A stretch of DNA of 38,337 nt, taken from UHGV virus genome UHGV-0135268. One strand, written 5' to 3'. Positions 33,922 through 38,337 of this stretch are shown here, in pieces. Source of the stretch: a virus. Within the stretch, counting starts at the first letter, position 1. Each line of letters opens with the position of its first letter. The notes under the pieces were generated by a model. That model did not search any database and had not been told where the DNA came from. It saw nothing but the letters and a program-made list of their open reading frames with translations. A program made the position numbers and the translations under genes.

Positions 33922-33978
33922 GGAGGAACTACCAGGCGGCCCGTGCAGGTGGCCGCCTCCCCTCTTAAGGAGAGAACA

Positions 33979-34908
33979 ATGTTTAACCCGTTCTTCAAAA
34001 ACCTCATCATCTACCGCCTTAGCCGCGACGTGGTGATCATCCGTGACGGCAATACAGATGAGCTGGCACGCCAGCTTGAGGCTTTCCGCTTTAAGCCGTG
34101 TGGCAGCCAGGATATGGCGCGCTCCGGCTGGATGCCGCCGCTGGGCCAGCATTCCGATCAGCTTTTCCATCTGGTTAATGACCAACTGCTGCTCGTTATT
34201 CGTCGCGAAGAAAAAATTCTTCCTAATACGGTAATCGCTGAGGAGCTGAACAATAAGGTTTCTAAGCTGGAAGCGGATCAGGGCCGTCACCTCAAAAAAA
34301 CAGAGAAGGACTCGCTGCGCGATGAAGTGCTTCACTCCCTGCTGCCGCGAGCTTTTACCCGTAGCAGCACGATCCGCATCTGGTTAAACCTCAGCGCCGC
34401 ACTGGTAATGGTTGACACATCCAGTGCCCGCCGCGCAGAAGACTCGCTGGCCCTGCTGCGTAAAACGCTGGGCTCCCTGCCGGTGGTACCGCTAACTATG
34501 GAAACCCCTGTAGAGCTTACCCTCACCGAGTGGGTGCGCGGATCCGGGGCACCATCAAGTTTTGCCCTGGGCAATGAAGCGGAGCTGAAAGCGATTCTGG
34601 AAGATGGCGGCATTGGCCGGTTCAAAAAGCAGGAGCTTTCCAGCGACGAGATACTGAACCACCTGGAAGCCGGCAAGGTAGTTACTGAGCTTGCGCTGAA
34701 CTGGCAGAGCCGCATCGACTTTACTCTGAACGATTCTTGCGTTCTTAAACGACTCAGGTTTGCAGACGAACTCCTTGAACAGAACGATGATATCGACCGC
34801 GAAGACGTTGCGCAGCGGTTCGACGCTGATTTCGTTCTCATGACCGGCGAGCTCAGCTCCCTTACCGAAAACCTGATTTCCGTGCTGGGCGGCGAAGCCA
34901 AGCGATAA
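33979..34908 (+). CDS. rdgC: Recombination-associated protein RdgC
   Basis: [44 protein letters not shown] and [13 protein letters not shown] motifs. ATG 33979 has an AAGGAG RBS. Confidence 0.93.
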   Translation: MFNPFFKNLIIYRLSRDVVIIRDGNTDELARQLEAFRFKPCGSQDMARSGWMPPLGQHSDQLFHLVNDQLLLVIRREEKILPNTVIAEELNNKVSKLEADQGRHLKKTEKDSLRDEVLHSLLPRAFTRSSTIRIWLNLSAALVMVDTSSARRAEDSLALLRKTLGSLPVVPLTMETPVELTLTEWVRGSGAPSSFALGNEAELKAILEDGGIGRFKKQELSSDEILNHLEAGKVVTELALNWQSRIDFTLNDSCVLKRLRFADELLEQNDDIDREDVAQRFDADFVLMTGELSSLTENLISVLGGEAKR

Positions 34909-35003
34909 CCCTTTTATGCAGCCCTACTCCATCTCGCATGGGTTGGGTTGCTGCAACCAAAATTTAGCGCGGTGCAGCGCAAAGTTAAGTGGAGGAACAC
35001 GCA

Positions 35004-35510
35004 TTGAATTACGAAAAAACGAAGGAGCTCGTGAAATCAGGCCACCAGCTGGTGGTGCTTTTGGGCAAGCAGAACGGCATGCATGAAGCCGCTTCTCTTG
35101 TTCAGCGTATGGCCGGGCAGCTCGACGTCTTAATCGCTGTGCTGCGCGAAAAGACAAAGCAGTGCGATCAGTTGGCGGCGGAGAATGCGGGGCTAAAAGG
35201 TGCCATCAGCCAGCACGCTGCTGGATTTACCGTCTGCGAAGCATGCGGAGAGGAAAACGTATCAGGGAATGATGATGTCTGTCGTGCCCTGAATGAAACT
35301 CCTGCCACCAAAGCATTCCTGCGCGAAGTAAGAGCGCAGGCCATTACATCTGCGCTGGACTCGCTCGATGGAGTTTTCGACACAGACTGTGTGATGGAGA
35401 CGAATGGCATCAGTTACGAAGAGGCCGAACAGCGAACTACAGGTGCGCTTGCAGTTAACAGTGCACTCATTGAATTCGCCGACCAACTGCGTCAAGGCGG
35501 TGCCGCATGA
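35004..35510 (+). CDS. Ea22/Ead-like early protein
   Basis: LAAENAGLK..ETPATKAFLREVRAQ..FADQLRQG motifs. TTG start at 35004 inferred from the GGAGG RBS. Confidence 0.7.
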   Translation: MNYEKTKELVKSGHQLVVLLGKQNGMHEAASLVQRMAGQLDVLIAVLREKTKQCDQLAAENAGLKGAISQHAAGFTVCEACGEENVSGNDDVCRALNETPATKAFLREVRAQAITSALDSLDGVFDTDCVMETNGISYEEAEQRTTGALAVNSALIEFADQLRQGGAA

Positions 35511-35866
35511 GCAAAGAAGTCGAAAAGCTAAATGACCATGAATTAGCTGACCTGAAAAACGCTATCGAAAGAGAGCTTAAGCGCCGCGCTGATGGCCCAA
35601 AAGTCACCACGTATTATGTTGTCTCATGTATCACAAACGCTCAGCATTTTACTGATATGGACTGCGCTTTGCGCTGCTTAAAGCGCGTGGCGGAGAACCT
35701 TATTGAATGGGTAGCGGGAGACCAGGAAAACCGGGATTACGTCAATCGATGCACTGGCATTGTTGGAGCAAAACTTCAGGTTGTTGAGATGAATGTCGAC
35801 CATTTCAACATGCGTGTTGCAGAGAATTATTTCGATGATGATTGCTATCCACCGGAGGCCTCATGA
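35507..35866 (+). CDS. Hypothetical early protein
   Basis: 119 aa, ATGA-coupled on both sides. Confidence 0.75.
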   Translation: MSKEVEKLNDHELADLKNAIERELKRRADGPKVTTYYVVSCITNAQHFTDMDCALRCLKRVAENLIEWVAGDQENRDYVNRCTGIVGAKLQVVEMNVDHFNMRVAENYFDDDCYPPEAS

Positions 35867-36279
35867 TGACCATGAACACAGCAAAACTGAAAGCGGCAGC
35901 TGAGAAAGTACGCTGGGTCGACTGGTCTGCGTATAAGCCGCATAGTGGGGCGCGCGGATACGAGGTGCGCGTTGGTAGTGAGGCAGTTGCGCAGCATTGC
36001 CTGAAAGACGACGCAGCGTTTATTGCTGAAGCAAGCCCAAAGACTGTTCTCTGCCTGATAGCAGCGCTGGAAGCCGCAGAGAAGCGCATAGCTGAGCTTG
36101 AACAGGCGTTAAGCGCAGCAGAAAACAACGAAATTGACGCTCGCTGTCACGTCGCGGAGCTTGAGAAGCGCGTCGGTGAGTTGGAACGCGAACGAGAGGC
36201 TCTGGAGGCCGTAACCCTGGCTATGCGCGACGAGATGCGCATGGCTGGCATCAATCTTGAGACAGGGGGTGAAGCGTGA
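35863..36279 (+). CDS. Ea22/Ead-like early protein
   Basis: LKAAAEK..DAAFIAEASPKTVLCLIAALEAAEKRIAELE motif. ATG 35863 has a GGAGG RBS. Confidence 0.78.
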   Translation: MMTMNTAKLKAAAEKVRWVDWSAYKPHSGARGYEVRVGSEAVAQHCLKDDAAFIAEASPKTVLCLIAALEAAEKRIAELEQALSAAENNEIDARCHVAELEKRVGELEREREALEAVTLAMRDEMRMAGINLETGGEA

Positions 36280-36545
36280 CAGTCCAACACAGTTTGCGAT
36301 GCGTGAAATGTTTAAAGCAATGGGAGCGCGCCTGGCTTTCTTCGGCTGGGTATTCAAGGGATGGCTACCGTGACTCCAGTTTCATTAAGTGGCGTAATGT
36401 CAAGGTGATAGGGCAGACGCGGAGCGGAACCCCTGTTTGCAAATGTGAAAACTGTGGGCACACGTATAAATCAAATAGCTCTGCTGCACGGCGCGCGTTG
36501 CGATGGGCTAAAGAAAACGGCGCGGTCGAAGGGGGTGAAGCGTGA
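36276..36545 (+). CDS. Hypothetical zinc-ribbon protein
   Basis: CVKC and CENCGH motifs. Flanked by 16-bp direct repeats. Confidence 0.7.
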   Translation: MTVQHSLRCVKCLKQWERAWLSSAGYSRDGYRDSSFIKWRNVKVIGQTRSGTPVCKCENCGHTYKSNSSAARRALRWAKENGAVEGGEA

Positions 36546-37306
36546 GCGAAATAAGAGAGCCTGTTACGCACAATTTAAAAATTTGGCCTGAGCACTATTC
36601 AGCCGTTTGCGCTGGCCTTAAACGCGCCGAGCTGCGCAAGAATGACCGCGATTACCGCGTCGGTGACACTCTCGACCTGTGCGAGTGGGATAAGGATGAC
36701 GAGTCGTTCACAGGCGAGTTCATCAGCGTAACTGTGACGCACGTAGCTGACGTTGGCGAGTGGATGCCGGGGTACGTGCTGCTGAGCATTGAGCTGGCGC
36801 TGCGGGAGAGGGCGGAGCCTGTTGCGTGGACTGACGAGCAAGAGCTACGCGACGTTAACGAGCGCGGCTGCGGCTATCTGTTTACTGTTAACCCGATCAC
36901 TCCGCACGCCGACCCACGCCGCGTCATTAAACTGTACGCCGAGCCGCCCGCGCCTGTTGCGCCAGCAGTACGGGCGGAGCCTGTCGCGGGCGAGAACCTG
37001 CCGTGTCCGTTCTGTGGCGGCGCGTGCGATCCGGCTGGGTGGCTGAGCGAGCAAACCAGCGGCCCTGAGTGCGAAAATTGCGGAGCGACGGCAGAAAATA
37101 TCGAGGCGTGGAACCGGCGCACCGCGGCGCCAGCGCCCGCGCCGGTTGTGCCTGATGCATACGAAATAATTGCCGAAGCCTGGCGGTTAATTGATGGGAT
37201 GAATCCCGAAACGTCTGACTGGCATACCGCAGCATCGCTCTATCTGAACGCCTGCCGCGCCGCCATGCTCGCAGCGCCCGCGCCAGCGCCGGGTAAGGAG
37301 GGGTGA
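36542..37306 (+). CDS. Chimeric protein: DUF3850/ASCH-like domain plus Lar-like zinc finger
   Basis: HNLKIWPEHY..V..GLKRAELRKNDRDYRVGDTL.L.EW (ASCH/PUA-like) and LPCPFCGG..ECENCGA..AWNRR (Lar-like). Confidence 0.8.
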   Translation: MSEIREPVTHNLKIWPEHYSAVCAGLKRAELRKNDRDYRVGDTLDLCEWDKDDESFTGEFISVTVTHVADVGEWMPGYVLLSIELALRERAEPVAWTDEQELRDVNERGCGYLFTVNPITPHADPRRVIKLYAEPPAPVAPAVRAEPVAGENLPCPFCGGACDPAGWLSEQTSGPECENCGATAENIEAWNRRTAAPAPAPVVPDAYEIIAEAWRLIDGMNPETSDWHTAASLYLNACRAAMLAAPAPAPGKEG

Positions 37307-37875
37307 TGAACCACTTAATGATTGACCTTGAAACGATGGGCAACAAACCCACTGCACCTATCATCGCGATCGGGGCTGTGCTTTTTGATCCCTCCACTGG
37401 CGTGATGGGACCGGAATACTATGCCGTAGCGGACCTGGAATCCTCAATGGTTCGTGACGCAGTGGCAGACCCTGGCACTATCTTATGGTGGCTAAAACAG
37501 AGCGCGGAAGCGCGTGCCGCCATTACCAGCGATAACAGGGTGCACATCACTAATGCTCTCGGCGGGTTGATAAAGCTGATAGAGGACAACTGCGAGCCGA
37601 AAAGCTTACAGGTATGGGGCAACGGAGCGACCTTCGACAACGTTATTATCAGGGCGTCATTCGAACGACACGGCTTCTATTGTCCCTGGCAGTTCTGGAA
37701 CGATCGGGACGTGCGCACAATCGTCGAAATAGGCCGCGCTGCTGGTTTTAACCCGCGTTATGAGATTCCCTTTGAAGGCGATTTGCATAACGCGCTGGCC
37801 GATGCGAAGCACCAGGTGAAATACGTATCAGCAATCTGGCAGCGGTTGATTCCTGCCACCAGCAACGACATTTGA
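37306..37875 (+). CDS. 3'-5' exonuclease (DEDDh; exonuclease VIII-like / DUF5051)
   Basis: HLMIDLETMG, VWGNGATFD, DRDVRT and HNALADA motifs. Confidence 0.88.
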   Translation: MNHLMIDLETMGNKPTAPIIAIGAVLFDPSTGVMGPEYYAVADLESSMVRDAVADPGTILWWLKQSAEARAAITSDNRVHITNALGGLIKLIEDNCEPKSLQVWGNGATFDNVIIRASFERHGFYCPWQFWNDRDVRTIVEIGRAAGFNPRYEIPFEGDLHNALADAKHQVKYVSAIWQRLIPATSNDI

Positions 37876-37912
37876 TTTGATCCGGGTGCAGCCGGAAAAG
37901 TGGAGAAAACAC

Positions 37913-38122
37913 ATGGCCAAGTTAATGAAAGCGAGCGCCTGGGGGAAGCGTGAGTTTGTTCCAGGTTCGGTTCCAGATAACAGAACGATTAAACGCTGGG
38001 TAGAAAACGGCCTGCTGCGCGGGCGCATCGTAGACGGTATGGTCTGGGTATGCGCTGGCGAACAATGGGGCGTTGACTCGATGATCAGCGAAAACGTTCG
38101 CAGGCTAATTCAAGAGGATTAA
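37913..38122 (+). CDS. xis: Excisionase
   Basis: 69-aa winged-helix-like protein (PDNRTIKRWVENGLLRGRIVDG) immediately upstream of int. GGAG RBS. Confidence 0.75.
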   Translation: MAKLMKASAWGKREFVPGSVPDNRTIKRWVENGLLRGRIVDGMVWVCAGEQWGVDSMISENVRRLIQED

Positions 38123-38123
38123 G

Positions 38124-38337
38124 ATGGCCGGCAGACCACGAAAAAGGGAAAACAGACATTTTCCCGACTACCTCTATTTCGACAAAGAAACCGGGCAATA
38201 CCGGTTTCAACTCATTACCGGGAAGAGAAAAAATATTGGTACCGATCGGGCTGTGGCGATCGCTATTGCACGCGAATATAACCTCCGCATGCGGCCCGAA
38301 TCAATGCCATCTATTGAAAGCCTGGTTCGAGAGTCCG
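38124..38337 (+). CDS. int: Integrase N-terminal (arm-binding) part; continues at base 1
   Basis: MAGRPRKRENRHFPDYLY... is 71 codons plus 1 nt. The last G plus bases 1-2 (GG) form a Gly codon in the frame of ORF 123-971. Confidence 0.92.
   Translation, partial: MAGRPRKRENRHFPDYLYFDKETGQYRFQLITGKRKNIGTDRAVAIAIAREYNLRMRPESMPSIESLVRES

Noticed and set aside
33397..34010. Several overlapping 69-94 aa ORFs on both strands
   Set aside because: They have no RBS or motifs and overlap each other. The extensive base pairing is better explained as structured RNA, though a short peptide cannot be excluded.

Overview
The window looks like the complete, circularly permuted 38.3-kb genome of a temperate lambdoid siphophage of an enterobacterial host, in its excised form. 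The integrase gene runs off the end of the window (ATG 38124) and continues in frame at base 1. It is followed by an intact attP carrying the 3' half of tRNA-Pro(GGG). The minus strand carries the rightward early operon (cro, YmfL/YmfM-like, DUF4222, replication initiator with iterons, PerC-like, Dam-type MTase, LexA-DBD protein, RusA, KilA-N, DUF968, Q), a lambda-like pR'/tR', two tRNAs (Asn, Thr), the lysis cassette (two holin-type genes, GH19 endolysin, Rz/Rz1), HNH/cos/terminase, an HK97-type head and a long non-contractile tail. The plus strand carries cI and the leftward operon (RdgC, Ea22-like proteins, an ASCH/Lar chimera, an exonuclease, Xis, Int). The most interesting accessory signals are: (i) an AT-rich moron encoding a small protein plus a ClpP-fold protease behind paired DnaA boxes; (ii) a non-coding cluster of long-stem structured RNAs in the pL operon, one with two tRNA-like T-loops; (iii) a GUGCAG-loop hairpin recurring before four early-gene RBSs in a phage with no recognisable N gene; (iv) a membrane zinc-ribbon moron at the HK97 gp15 position; (v) a LexA-boxed deletion remnant of an SOS cassette. 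All family assignments are from motif recognition and memory; no searches were run.
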